From Bacteroidales bacterium (GTDB taxonomy: Bacteria > Bacteroidota > Bacteroidia > Bacteroidales > UBA1402), in contig JAFODP010000004.1 of the NCBI GenBank assembly GCA_017380635.1, forward strand, positions 22,828 through 86,827: 64,000 nt of DNA, read 5' to 3'. Both the position numbers and the translations under genes were made by a program. The notes below the pieces were generated by a model. It saw only the letters and a program-made list of their open reading frames with translations. It did no database searches and was not told the DNA's origin. The first letter of the stretch is position 1. The number at the start of each line of letters is the position of its first letter. Positions 26,845 to 35,992 of the stretch are shown here, piece after piece.

Positions 26845-27888
26845 TCATTTGTAATAGCTTTTGTACCACTCGGCGAAGGCACGGAGGCCGCTGCGGAGAG
26901 AAGTACTGGGCTTGAAGCCGAAGTCGCGTTCGAGAGCAGAAGTGTCGGCAAAGGTGACGGGCACATCGCCGGGCTGCATGGGCACCAGTTCCTTATGGGC
27001 TTCGAAATCGTAATCGGCAGGAAGCACGCCGGCGCGTATCAATTCCTCTTGCAAAATGGTGACAAAGTCGAGCAAATTCTCGGGCTGATTGTTACCGATA
27101 TTATACACAGCATAAGGCGGAATAGGCAAGCCATCTTCGCCAAGCGCCTTGGCAGGAGCCTTTTGCATGACACGAATCACGCCTTCCACAATATCGTCCA
27201 CGTAAGTAAAGTCGCGCTTGCAGTGGCCGAAGTTGAAAATCTGAATCTTCTCGCCCTTCACCAACTTGTTGGTAAAACCAAAATAGGCCATATCCGGACG
27301 TCCGCAAGGACCATATACCGTAAAGAAACGCAATCCCGTCGATGGAATATTGTAAAGTTTGCTGTAGGCATGGGCCATCAATTCGTTGCTTTTCTTGGTT
27401 GCCGCATACAGGCTCACCGGGTTATCCACCTTATCGTCAGTGCTATAGGGAACTTTCTTATTGCTGCCATACACCGAGCTCGAACTAGCATACACCAGAT
27501 GTTTCACGCCACCTTCGTATTGCTCGTAAGAATGACGACAAGCCTCCAGAATGTTGTAAAAGCCTATCAGATTGGCTTCTATGTAGGCATCCGGATTGGT
27601 AATGCTGTAACGCACACCTGCTTGCGCCGCCAAGTTCACCACGATTTCAGGTTGATATTCGGCAAACAATTTATCAATCAGAGCCTTGTCGGCGATGTTA
27701 CCTTTAATAAAATGAAAATCGGGAAGATCTTGCAAGTCGCGCAAACGTTCTTCCTTCAGGGCAACATCGTAATAATTGTTCATGTTGTCAATACCCACTA
27801 CCACAGGATTTTCGTAGCGACGATAAATCATTTTCACCAAATTCGAGCCGATAAAACCCGCGGCTCCGGTTACTAATATTTTGGTCAT
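26845..27888 (-). CDS. NAD-dependent UDP-glucuronate 4-epimerase (SDR family)
   Basis: MTKILVTGAAGFIGSNL Rossmann motif and YAATKKSNE (YxxxK). The length and overall pattern match Cap1J/LpsL-type epimerases. Confidence 0.85.
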   Translation of the reverse strand: MTKILVTGAAGFIGSNLVKMIYRRYENPVVVGIDNMNNYYDVALKEERLRDLQDLPDFHFIKGNIADKALIDKLFAEYQPEIVVNLAAQAGVRYSITNPDAYIEANLIGFYNILEACRHSYEQYEGGVKHLVYASSSSVYGSNKKVPYSTDDKVDNPVSLYAATKKSNELMAHAYSKLYNIPSTGLRFFTVYGPCGRPDMAYFGFTNKLVKGEKIQIFNFGHCKRDFTYVDDIVEGVIRVMQKAPAKALGEDGLPIPPYAVYNIGNNQPENLLDFVTILQEELIRAGVLPADYDFEAHKELVPMQPGDVPVTFADTSALERDFGFKPSTSLRSGLRAFAEWYKSYYK

Positions 27889-27950
27889 AATCTTTAAGTC
27901 TTTGAAACGAAACTAGTTATGTTTTACACGAACTCGTTTGGCAAAACGTT

Positions 27951-29120
27951 TTACACGAAGCGAGCGCCGTTGTCGGTCTTGCAGAAATGAATTTCGAAAG
28001 TTTCGGTATATTCGGGGAACATACGCAAATATTCTTCCGTGATGCGCTGACGAATTTCCTCGCGTTTGGCCGGATCTGTCAAAGCAATGCATGCTCCTTT
28101 GAAGCCGGCACCCGAGAAACGACCACCGTAAATACCTTCGGTCTGACGCATGATATTGTAAATAGCAATGAGTTCTTCGCTACCGCATTCGTAGTTTTTG
28201 ATAGAGCTTTCGCAACTCTCGAAACAAAGCTTGCCAAACAAATCCAGATTACCTGTTTCCCAAGCCGTTACACCTTTGCGCACACGTTTGTATTCGCTAT
28301 AAAAATGTTCCGCACGACGCGCAAAACGAGGCGGCATTTTTTCCTTGGTCAAATCGTAGGTTTCTCTGGGAATATCGCGCAAAAAAGTCTTATCCAAGTT
28401 CTTGAGCGGCATGCCGGTATAGGCCATCATATTCCAGGCAGCCGTCTTGCATTCGGCCACGCGCAAGTTGTAATCGCTATTCACCAAACTACGGGTCAAA
28501 CCGCTGAAAATGATGGTCAAATCGAAATCGGGCATACGCGGATTGCGACGAATGATGCGATATTGTTCACTGTCAGTATCGAGAAACAGCAAAGCGTCCT
28601 TTTCGCTCAGCGCAATACAAGCCTGGTCGAGCAAACCATTGTTCAAACCGATATATTCGCGTTCAGCTTCGCTGGCAATTTTCACCACTTCGAAAGGCGT
28701 CAGCTGAATGTCGTTCGCTTTGGCAAAGGCCATCACGTAGGCAATCAGCACCGCCGCGCTCGACGACAAACCGCCAATGGGCAAGGATCCTTTAATCAAA
28801 CCTTGAATCCCTTTGCGAAGCTGAAATCGCTTTTTCAAAGCATACTTCGCACCGCGGGCATAATCGCCCCAGTTGCCGTCTTTCACCTGCGTAGGTCGCG
28901 TAATCTCGAAATCGATGTCACCTTCGAAAGTCAAACTGCGCAAGCTCACGCTGCCGTCTTCGGTAACATTGAAGAGCAAATCCACGCCCTTATCAAAAGC
29001 AAATCCCGTCACCAGACCATGCTGATGATCCACATGCGCGCCCATAGGACACACCCGATACGGCGAAAAAATATGATACTGCGCCTCCGCACCAAAAAGT
29101 TCTTTGAATGTTGTTTGCAT
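27951..29120 (-). CDS. GHMP-family sugar-1-kinase, galacturonokinase-like
   Basis: The GHMP motif GSLPIGGLSSSAAV is present. The N-terminal substrate motif SPYRVCPMGAHVDHQHG differs from the galactokinase GEHTDY motif and resembles my recollection of plant GalAK (PYRICPLGAHIDHQGG). Confidence 0.7.
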   Translation of the reverse strand: MQTTFKELFGAEAQYHIFSPYRVCPMGAHVDHQHGLVTGFAFDKGVDLLFNVTEDGSVSLRSLTFEGDIDFEITRPTQVKDGNWGDYARGAKYALKKRFQLRKGIQGLIKGSLPIGGLSSSAAVLIAYVMAFAKANDIQLTPFEVVKIASEAEREYIGLNNGLLDQACIALSEKDALLFLDTDSEQYRIIRRNPRMPDFDLTIIFSGLTRSLVNSDYNLRVAECKTAAWNMMAYTGMPLKNLDKTFLRDIPRETYDLTKEKMPPRFARRAEHFYSEYKRVRKGVTAWETGNLDLFGKLCFESCESSIKNYECGSEELIAIYNIMRQTEGIYGGRFSGAGFKGACIALTDPAKREEIRQRITEEYLRMFPEYTETFEIHFCKTDNGARFV

Positions 29121-29162
29121 GTTATATAATTATCTTTATTCAAAATAATAGCATAGTTTATC

Positions 29163-29718
29163 CTACTCTCCAAAGTCTCCAGGCTGATTCAAGGGCAAGG
29201 AATCAGAAGGATTGATATGATCTATAGCACGTTCTGCAGATATCACACTCCTGCCAAGACGACTCTCCACATTTTCTCTCGCATCACGCGCCACCTCGGC
29301 TCCCTCTTTAGCCACCGCTGCATTCTCCACAAGACCATCCGGATGACGTTCTTTAAATACTTTGAATAATACGGAATATTCCCTGCATATCGGCGACATC
29401 CGTCATATACCGTTTCCCGTCCTTTGGCGACACCAATTTCAGTTGGTGACAATTTGTCACCAACTGAAATCCTTCATCTACAAGCCTCTGTTTTAGTTTA
29501 TTCCAGTACTTACGTGATTTTAAATAATCGTGCTGGTCCGTTAGCACCGCCACGACATCCACCACCGAGAAGAACCACTCTTGCGCATCCTCATCCCACA
29601 CTGTCCTCACCTTACGCCCCTCAAAGAGTTGCAATTGAGATTTATGTTCCGGTTCCAACAAAGCCGACCGCTTTTGTTCGTTAATACTTTCCGTTGTACT
29701 TAAAATAGTCTTTTTCAT
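29163..29718 (-). pseudogene. Bro-N/DinD-like (DNA-damage-inducible protein D family) gene with an out-of-frame internal deletion
   Basis: ORF 29353..29718 encodes a Bro-N-like N-terminus ending ...DVADMQGIFRIIQSI, then a stop. In intact homologues, as I recall, this continues PSPKAEPFK. A second frame (29163..29399) encodes a DinD-like C-terminus (ENAAVAKEGAEVARDARENVESRLGRSVISAERA). The central ~130 codons appear to be missing. Confidence 0.5.
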
Positions 29719-29807
29719 GATTAGATTGTTTTAACTTTTCAGTACAAATATATAACCGCGTAATCTGTTTTGATACCGTAAGGAGAAAAATAATATTTGT
29801 CAATCAA

Positions 29808-32492
29808 TTACTCAAGCTCGGGATGAGTTTGCCACCATTGACGAACTTTCTTTAAATAAATGTTGCTCTCTTCAATATTTTCAATAGCAAGATAATTCTT
29901 ATGATGGCTTTCGAGTATGCTTTCGAGCGCCTTCTTTTCTTGTTCAAACTTGTCTTCTAATGGCAATAATTGAAGATAATCATTTAACATAAACAAAGCG
30001 CCTATCCCCATGGCTTCACGAAACAGAAAATGCCATCCAAATTTCTTATTGTCGTAGGGTATAATCAAACGATAGAACCAATTCTCAACCGGATTTACCA
30101 AAGGCAAATAGCGTGACAATCTATCTTTAAAAGCATTTCCGTCTAAATCGTTCAGTGCGAGCAAAGAATCCAATTGATCTGTACTTGGCAAACTCTGCGC
30201 CTCGGGCAAAAGCTGATCGAAATAAGAATCAAGCATTTTCCTTTTTATTTCATTGAGGCGACTTGCACTACCTGTCAGAGCCGAAGCCATTTCATACTGA
30301 CGCATTTCCAAGGTCGTGAAGACCAACACGGCAAGCCTATATCGTTTTTCGTTCAATAACAATGCTTCTAGCGCTTGTAATTCCGCGTCAACATCATCCT
30401 CTTCTCGTTTTGCATATAAAGAATACAACAACGGACTAAATAACTTGGCCTTTATTTTCTCATACTGATAGCCCTTTAAGCCCGAAGAATTGGGAAACTT
30501 CAGTATATATATTTCCATGGCAGAGAGTATCTTACGAAGCATCTCGATGCTAGGCACATCCTTGTTGTCGTCGAGATAAGATTCCCATTTATGAAGAAAG
30601 GAAGCATGCTTACTTTTATTGACAATATCGGCAAATTCAATGCTGAAATCGCTTTCGTTATGAGAGAGTATGTCACGACATTCCTTTTCGGAAACTTCTG
30701 TGCTTTTATATTTACCCGCAAAATATTTGTAATATTCTTGAGCATAAGAAATGCTACTACCGCAAATATAACCGTAGTTTCTACCAAACATTTCGCTGAG
30801 AAGACTGCACACTATATTTTCAACACTTGGAAAAAGACTTTCCGAATTTTCCATCAGAGATTTATTCTCGCTGATAGTCACATTCTCTTCCTTCTGAGGC
30901 TCCTTGCTCGAATTTAATACAGCAACATCTTTCAGCGTTTGAGCAATCTCTTTCGCGTAACGTTTATCCTCAAAAATAGTTTTAGCTTCTTTATTGAATA
31001 TAAGCCTGCCATTGCTTTCGGTTAAGACATAGTCACTATAATCTCTGAAAAATTTGTAGACATCCGGCATCAAACATTGCACCATGCTGATTTTAAACAA
31101 ATCCACAAAATTGATTTCCGACAGAATGCCTTCTTTATATAATTGCGCCGTGCTGAACGACAACAGATTAAAGAAACGAATAATATCTCTCTCGTTTTGA
31201 AAAGCCTCATTGAGATACTTTATACGCAAAATTTCCGCCTTAATATCCTCTATATCATCACTAATCGATGAATGCCCGTTTAGCACATAAGACTGATATA
31301 AATCGGCTGTTTTCTGCAAGATAGATTGTTGTGTAATATTCTCGTTAGCCGGAAACAATAGTTCAAAATTGAAGAACTTACGCAAATAAAACTCCGCGTC
31401 TTTAATACCGGCCGAGTGAAGATTATCTATCACAGATTTTTTGTCTGCCGCTATCAAATAAAAAATATTGGGAAAATCAGCTGTATCACGAATCAGATTC
31501 AAAACCATCAAAAGTTCGTTAGCCTGGAGTCGGTCCACATCGTCAATGCCCACAATGATAGGTCTTTTGCATTTAGACAAACATTCCGACAAATATTGAT
31601 GCTGTTGTACGTAAGAATCATTATGAGCATCCCATATATCAAGAAAAAAACTTGCGCCGGCACGCGCCGCATCATTCGCAAGACTTTGGCTATACTTTTT
31701 CAGTTTTCTCTCTATCTCGGAACCTTTGCCAAGCAATTCCCCCAACTGAAGAAAGAAATCTCTGATAATCTGTTGCGGACTATCGCTCAGCCATGGCCTA
31801 AATTCCATAAAACGGACCTGATTTCCATGCGCGTCACAAATAATCTCACGAAACTGGTTAAGAAAAGAGGTTTTACCCTCGCCGAATCTTTCGCTGATTA
31901 AAATATTGAAAGACGATTGTTTCGACCTGCCGCTTTTGAAACTCAGCAATATCTTCTCAGCTAAATTTTGAGCATAGGCCTTTCTACTATAATGGTCTGT
32001 CGTGGTAGGCGCATCAAACAAAAACGGGGACGCAACCTTGTTGCCATTTCCTACGTTATTCCTACCAATCTCGCGAAACTTACAAGTTTTTAGCAACCCG
32101 ACAAGAACTTCCCATACGCCGATAGTGACAAATATAATATCACCATAATTGAGCCCTATCTTAGTCGGCCCATACCATTGGTAATGAGGACGGAATAAAA
32201 AATACAGCGCAAGCGCAAACAAAATCAGCCTATGTCTTTTGCCCCAAACATTCTCGTCCTTCATCAAATGAGCAAAACGTATCAGATACCAAATTGAAGG
32301 CAATGCCACGAAAATCAGCGCAACGCCCCATGAATAATTCTGAACCTTGCTAATGAACGGCATGATATAGCTATCAACAAAATCCAACGCGGCTTGTTTG
32401 AATAGAACGATTATCAATAGCAGAACCACTATTTGTCTCCACTGTTTCAGTGCCCTGCAAAACCTCGCCAATAGCAATTTCGCTTTTTTCAT
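29808..32492 (-). CDS. KAP-family P-loop NTPase with an N-terminal 4-TM region
   Basis: ATG at 32492 (MKKAKLLLARF...). The first ~170 aa contain four hydrophobic helices. Walker A: ISERFGEGKTSFLNQF. Walker B: IIVGIDDVDRL. A large helical C-terminal region follows. Confidence 0.75.
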   Translation of the reverse strand: MKKAKLLLARFCRALKQWRQIVVLLLIIVLFKQAALDFVDSYIMPFISKVQNYSWGVALIFVALPSIWYLIRFAHLMKDENVWGKRHRLILFALALYFLFRPHYQWYGPTKIGLNYGDIIFVTIGVWEVLVGLLKTCKFREIGRNNVGNGNKVASPFLFDAPTTTDHYSRKAYAQNLAEKILLSFKSGRSKQSSFNILISERFGEGKTSFLNQFREIICDAHGNQVRFMEFRPWLSDSPQQIIRDFFLQLGELLGKGSEIERKLKKYSQSLANDAARAGASFFLDIWDAHNDSYVQQHQYLSECLSKCKRPIIVGIDDVDRLQANELLMVLNLIRDTADFPNIFYLIAADKKSVIDNLHSAGIKDAEFYLRKFFNFELLFPANENITQQSILQKTADLYQSYVLNGHSSISDDIEDIKAEILRIKYLNEAFQNERDIIRFFNLLSFSTAQLYKEGILSEINFVDLFKISMVQCLMPDVYKFFRDYSDYVLTESNGRLIFNKEAKTIFEDKRYAKEIAQTLKDVAVLNSSKEPQKEENVTISENKSLMENSESLFPSVENIVCSLLSEMFGRNYGYICGSSISYAQEYYKYFAGKYKSTEVSEKECRDILSHNESDFSIEFADIVNKSKHASFLHKWESYLDDNKDVPSIEMLRKILSAMEIYILKFPNSSGLKGYQYEKIKAKLFSPLLYSLYAKREEDDVDAELQALEALLLNEKRYRLAVLVFTTLEMRQYEMASALTGSASRLNEIKRKMLDSYFDQLLPEAQSLPSTDQLDSLLALNDLDGNAFKDRLSRYLPLVNPVENWFYRLIIPYDNKKFGWHFLFREAMGIGALFMLNDYLQLLPLEDKFEQEKKALESILESHHKNYLAIENIEESNIYLKKVRQWWQTHPELE

Positions 32493-32779
32493 GTTAGGGA
32501 TTTTGTTATTCTTTATAGATTTATTGAACAAATCAGGACAGAAATGCCGGATTGATACCGAAGATAGAATAAGCACAGCAACATTTACAAAAAATAGCCA
32601 CCCTTAACATTCGGCACGATTTTTGTTAACATTTACTACGTGCCATCGGCATTCCGTTTTGCTTAAAATCCGTTTTCGGATACAACGGCAGTTTTCTACC
32701 AATCTTCCTGATAATTAAGATGGCGGAGTACCTCTCCGTTAGCAAGGAGAATTAACACTACAAACCTTTATATAATTTT

Positions 32780-33031
32780 ATGGCGAAAAGAGATACATAT
32801 AAGTATGAACTTACCAAAGGAAACAGAGTTGTATACGTTGGTATTACCAATAATCCTGAAAGAAGGGAAATGGAACACCACCAAGATAAGGATTTCGACA
32901 AAATGAGAATCATTGGAAATGCCTCTACTCTTGATGGCGCTTCTCAGTGGGAAACAAATAGGATACAAACCTATATGAATAACCACAACGGTAACACTCC
33001 TTTATACAACCAAAATGAACATGGTAAGTAA
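32780..33031 (+). CDS. Minimal stand-alone GIY-YIG domain protein (83 aa)
   Basis: YKYELTKGNRVVYVGITNNPERREMEH matches the GIY...YVG...R...H pattern. A downstream WE and N (ASQWETNRIQ) could be the conserved Glu/Asn. Confidence 0.55.
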   Translation: MAKRDTYKYELTKGNRVVYVGITNNPERREMEHHQDKDFDKMRIIGNASTLDGASQWETNRIQTYMNNHNGNTPLYNQNEHGK

Positions 33032-33086
33032 TTAAAGTGAAATGTCTATACTCCAACCTTGTTGCAGCAAGGTTCTGAGTTCTTTC

Positions 33087-33121
33087 AAATCCCTGTCATT
33101 TTGGCACGATGACAGGGATTT
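33087..33121. terminator. Bidirectional hairpin between the GIY-YIG gene (+) and the aminotransferase gene (-)
   Basis: A perfect 13-bp stem AAATCCCTGTCAT/ATGACAGGGATTT has a 9-nt loop. It has T-rich flanks on the plus strand and overlaps the aminotransferase stop codon. Confidence 0.65.
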
Positions 33122-34400
33122 ATTTCACTATCGCTTCCTTGATGCAATCTACGATGTAGTGGACGTCGTCGTCGGTAACGTAGGGGCCGGCAGGGAGACA
33201 GAAGCCAACTTTGAAAATTTCTTCAGATACGCCGTTTACGTAGGCCACGGCATCTGCATAAACAGGTTGCTTGTGCATAGGTTTCCACACAGGACGACAT
33301 TCCACTTTTTTATCGAGCATAAACACGCGCAAAGCCTCAACATTGTCGTTTGGCTGGCAATCCGTTACTGCCGAATCTACAGCTTTGATAACACCGGCAG
33401 CACCACCCACTGCACTCTTAATCACCTCTTTGTAAGCGTTTTCTTGGCCAACAATCTTGACAGAAGGATCCAAAGTGGCAGCGCAAAGCCAGAAGTTTGA
33501 ATCATAACGAGAATCTGCAGGCTGTTCATGAAGCGTTACTCCTTCCACGTCCTTCAGCAGTTCGCGATACAAATCTTGCACGTGCTTATGGTGGGCAATA
33601 TGATCATCCAGCACCGTCATCTGACCACGACCAATACCGGCACAAACATTACTCATACGATAGTTGTAGCCAATAGCCGTATGTTCATAGTAAGGATAGG
33701 CATCCCGCGCCTGAGTAGCATACCACATGATTTCATTCGCATCCTCCGGAGTACGGCAAATCAGCGCACCACCACCCGAAGTCGTAATCATCTTATTACC
33801 ATTGAACGACAGCACGCCGAAGCGGCCAAATGTACCCAATACCTGACCATTGAAGCGCGAACCCATACCTTCGGCTGCATCCTCTATTACAGGAATACCA
33901 TACTTGTCCGCGATTGCCATAATCTTATCGATTTGATAAGGCATACCATACAATGCCACCGGAATGATGGCCTTCGGATATTTCCCTGTCAGCTCTTTAC
34001 GCTCGATAATGGCTTTCTCCAACAATTCAGGATCCATATTCCAAGTTTCTCGTTCTGAATCGACGAACACCGGCTTAGCGCCCAAATAAGTAATGGGGTG
34101 CGACGACGCACAGAAGGTAAACGACTGCACAATCACTTCATCGCCCGGCTTCACGCCACAAGCAATCAGCGCCAGGTGCACAGCAGCTGTGCCCGCAGAA
34201 AGGCAAACCACCTTGCGGTCGAGCATGCTTCCGTCTGTGTTCTTATTGGAAAAATCTGCCAAGTTCTGCTCAAAAGCATTCACATTCGGGCCCATCGGCA
34301 CCACCCAATTGGTATCGAAGGCCTCTTTCACATATTTTTGTTCCACACCCTCTTCACTCATGTGAGCCAAACAGAGGTAAATTGTTTTACGTTCTGACAT
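33120..34400 (-). CDS. DegT/DnrJ/EryC1/StrS family PLP-dependent sugar aminotransferase
   Basis: Motifs: CLSAGTAAVHLAL, VIVQSFTF, IPVIEDAAEGMGS, and SFNGNKMITTSGGGAL carrying the PLP lysine. Confidence 0.88.
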   Translation of the reverse strand: MSERKTIYLCLAHMSEEGVEQKYVKEAFDTNWVVPMGPNVNAFEQNLADFSNKNTDGSMLDRKVVCLSAGTAAVHLALIACGVKPGDEVIVQSFTFCASSHPITYLGAKPVFVDSERETWNMDPELLEKAIIERKELTGKYPKAIIPVALYGMPYQIDKIMAIADKYGIPVIEDAAEGMGSRFNGQVLGTFGRFGVLSFNGNKMITTSGGGALICRTPEDANEIMWYATQARDAYPYYEHTAIGYNYRMSNVCAGIGRGQMTVLDDHIAHHKHVQDLYRELLKDVEGVTLHEQPADSRYDSNFWLCAATLDPSVKIVGQENAYKEVIKSAVGGAAGVIKAVDSAVTDCQPNDNVEALRVFMLDKKVECRPVWKPMHKQPVYADAVAYVNGVSEEIFKVGFCLPAGPYVTDDDVHYIVDCIKEAIVK

Positions 34401-34458
34401 ATTGTAAATTTTTAGAATTCCATCAAGCTATGTACTTCAACTTAATGAAGTATCATTT

Positions 34459-35151
34459 CTATATCTCCTCCCCCGCATACTGCATTTTTTTGCCGAGGAC
34501 GGTGCAGAGAATCATTTGGATGTCCTTGATGAAACTGTAGTTGCGGTAGTAGTAGCAATTGAGGCGAACTTTGTCGGGGTAGATGATGTTGTCGTTGTAC
34601 CAAACAGCGATTTCTTGGTCGGTCATGGCAGAGAAATCGGGAACATCGGCCATCTTGGCCACCAGTTCATTTTTACCCGCTTTGATTTGCGCCACAAACT
34701 CGGCAATCATTTCATCCTCCACGCGGTACTTCAAAGTAGCAGGTCCCGTAATGCCAGGGCGAAGTTTCAAAACGTCACGGTCTTCGCCGGTAAGTTTATC
34801 GGCATATCCCGGCACGTCGGGACGAGGCCCCACGAAACTCATGTTACCAATAAAAACATCCCACAAACCAGGAAGTTCATCCAACTTGTAATGACGAAGT
34901 TTTGCGCCAAAGGGAGTAATGCGCGAATCTCCGGCCACCGATACCGTCGAACCATTGTGCGCCACCGTCATCGAGCGAAACTTATGACACTTAAACAATT
35001 TACCACCCTTACCCACACGATTTTGCACAAAAAACGCAGGGCCACCAGGCATTTTCACCTTAACAAGTATGGCCGTCACTAGTATCACAGGCCACAAAAA
35101 ACACAGACCGAGAAAAGCGACAATTCGGTCGAATAAAAATTTTAGGAGCAT
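34459..35151 (-). CDS. Initiating undecaprenyl-phosphate sugar phosphotransferase (small WbaP/PglC-type bacterial sugar transferase)
   Basis: FDRIVAFLGLCFLWPV re-entrant helix, KFRSM, and VGPRPDVPGY...LRPGITGPATL. Confidence 0.88.
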   Translation of the reverse strand: MLLKFLFDRIVAFLGLCFLWPVILVTAILVKVKMPGGPAFFVQNRVGKGGKLFKCHKFRSMTVAHNGSTVSVAGDSRITPFGAKLRHYKLDELPGLWDVFIGNMSFVGPRPDVPGYADKLTGEDRDVLKLRPGITGPATLKYRVEDEMIAEFVAQIKAGKNELVAKMADVPDFSAMTDQEIAVWYNDNIIYPDKVRLNCYYYRNYSFIKDIQMILCTVLGKKMQYAGEEI

Positions 35152-35984
35152 TATCTAAACACTTTATACGCAATTTTCTTTACCCAAGCTGGTGATACCA
35201 ACATAACAAACATCATATAGCCAAAAACGGTAGCCCCGAAACCATAACCCAAAGTTTTATTTATAAGCTTTCGATCCTTTAATTGCTTCTTGGCAAATGC
35301 CCAACCATTACGACGTTTCTTGAATAAAGAATCTGTAAATCTAAACTGCAACACCACATCCGGAATATTCGCATGTCTTGTACCGGCTTTCATTCCATCT
35401 AACCAAAGCATTGTATCTTGATTCTGACGATATTCCGGACGATACTTACATCCTGCTTTTTCAAAGAAAGATTTTCTGAATAACACAGCAGGATGTGCAT
35501 GAGGATTTCTTTTTGAAAAGAATTTATAACAATCTTCAGGAGTTTCCGGATACACAATAGTCTTTCCGTTGCTCTTGCCATCTGCATCAATTTCTGTTAT
35601 GGCACCACCAACAACATCAATATCAGGATGCGCCTGCAGATATCTCATCTGTTTTTCTAAACGATCTGGCATAGATATATCATCAGCATCCATTCGAGCA
35701 ATGTACTCATAGCCTTCTGCAAAACAAACCTCCAACAAATCGTTTAACACCACAGCCAATCCTCTGTTCTCGGCAAACCATAACACTTTTACATTGTCTC
35801 TCTTTTCATATTCTTTTAATGTGTTACTTAAATCTTCACCTATAGGTCCATCAACACCAACCAACAACTCCAAATCTTGGTATGTCTGATTCAAAACACT
35901 ATCCAACGACAATCTCAAATATAAATCTTGGTCGTTTTTATATACGGGGAGAATTATTGCCAGATTGTTCATCGTACAATTCAT
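35151..35984 (-). CDS. Glycosyltransferase family 2
   Basis: ILPVYKNDQDLYLRLSLDSVLNQTY...GVDGP, and a DAD (ARMDADD) motif. The start is ATG 35984 or 35972. The listed ORF start at 36086 overlaps the upstream gene. Confidence 0.85.
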   Translation of the reverse strand: MNCTMNNLAIILPVYKNDQDLYLRLSLDSVLNQTYQDLELLVGVDGPIGEDLSNTLKEYEKRDNVKVLWFAENRGLAVVLNDLLEVCFAEGYEYIARMDADDISMPDRLEKQMRYLQAHPDIDVVGGAITEIDADGKSNGKTIVYPETPEDCYKFFSKRNPHAHPAVLFRKSFFEKAGCKYRPEYRQNQDTMLWLDGMKAGTRHANIPDVVLQFRFTDSLFKKRRNGWAFAKKQLKDRKLINKTLGYGFGATVFGYMMFVMLVSPAWVKKIAYKVFR

Positions 35985-35992
35985 CAATATGC

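Noticed and set aside
32493-32779. Possible tRNA fragment or att site, or a small gene, in the 287-nt gap between the KAP NTPase and GIY-YIG genes.
   Set aside because: No cloverleaf, no T-loop GTTCRANYC motif and no flanking direct repeat could be recognised by eye. The only ORF is 11 codons long. Left unannotated.
33042-33500. A 152-aa plus-strand ORF directly after the GIY-YIG gene, a possible partner gene.
   Set aside because: It begins within the terminator region and is antisense to the 3' end of the DegT-family aminotransferase, whose motifs are unambiguous.
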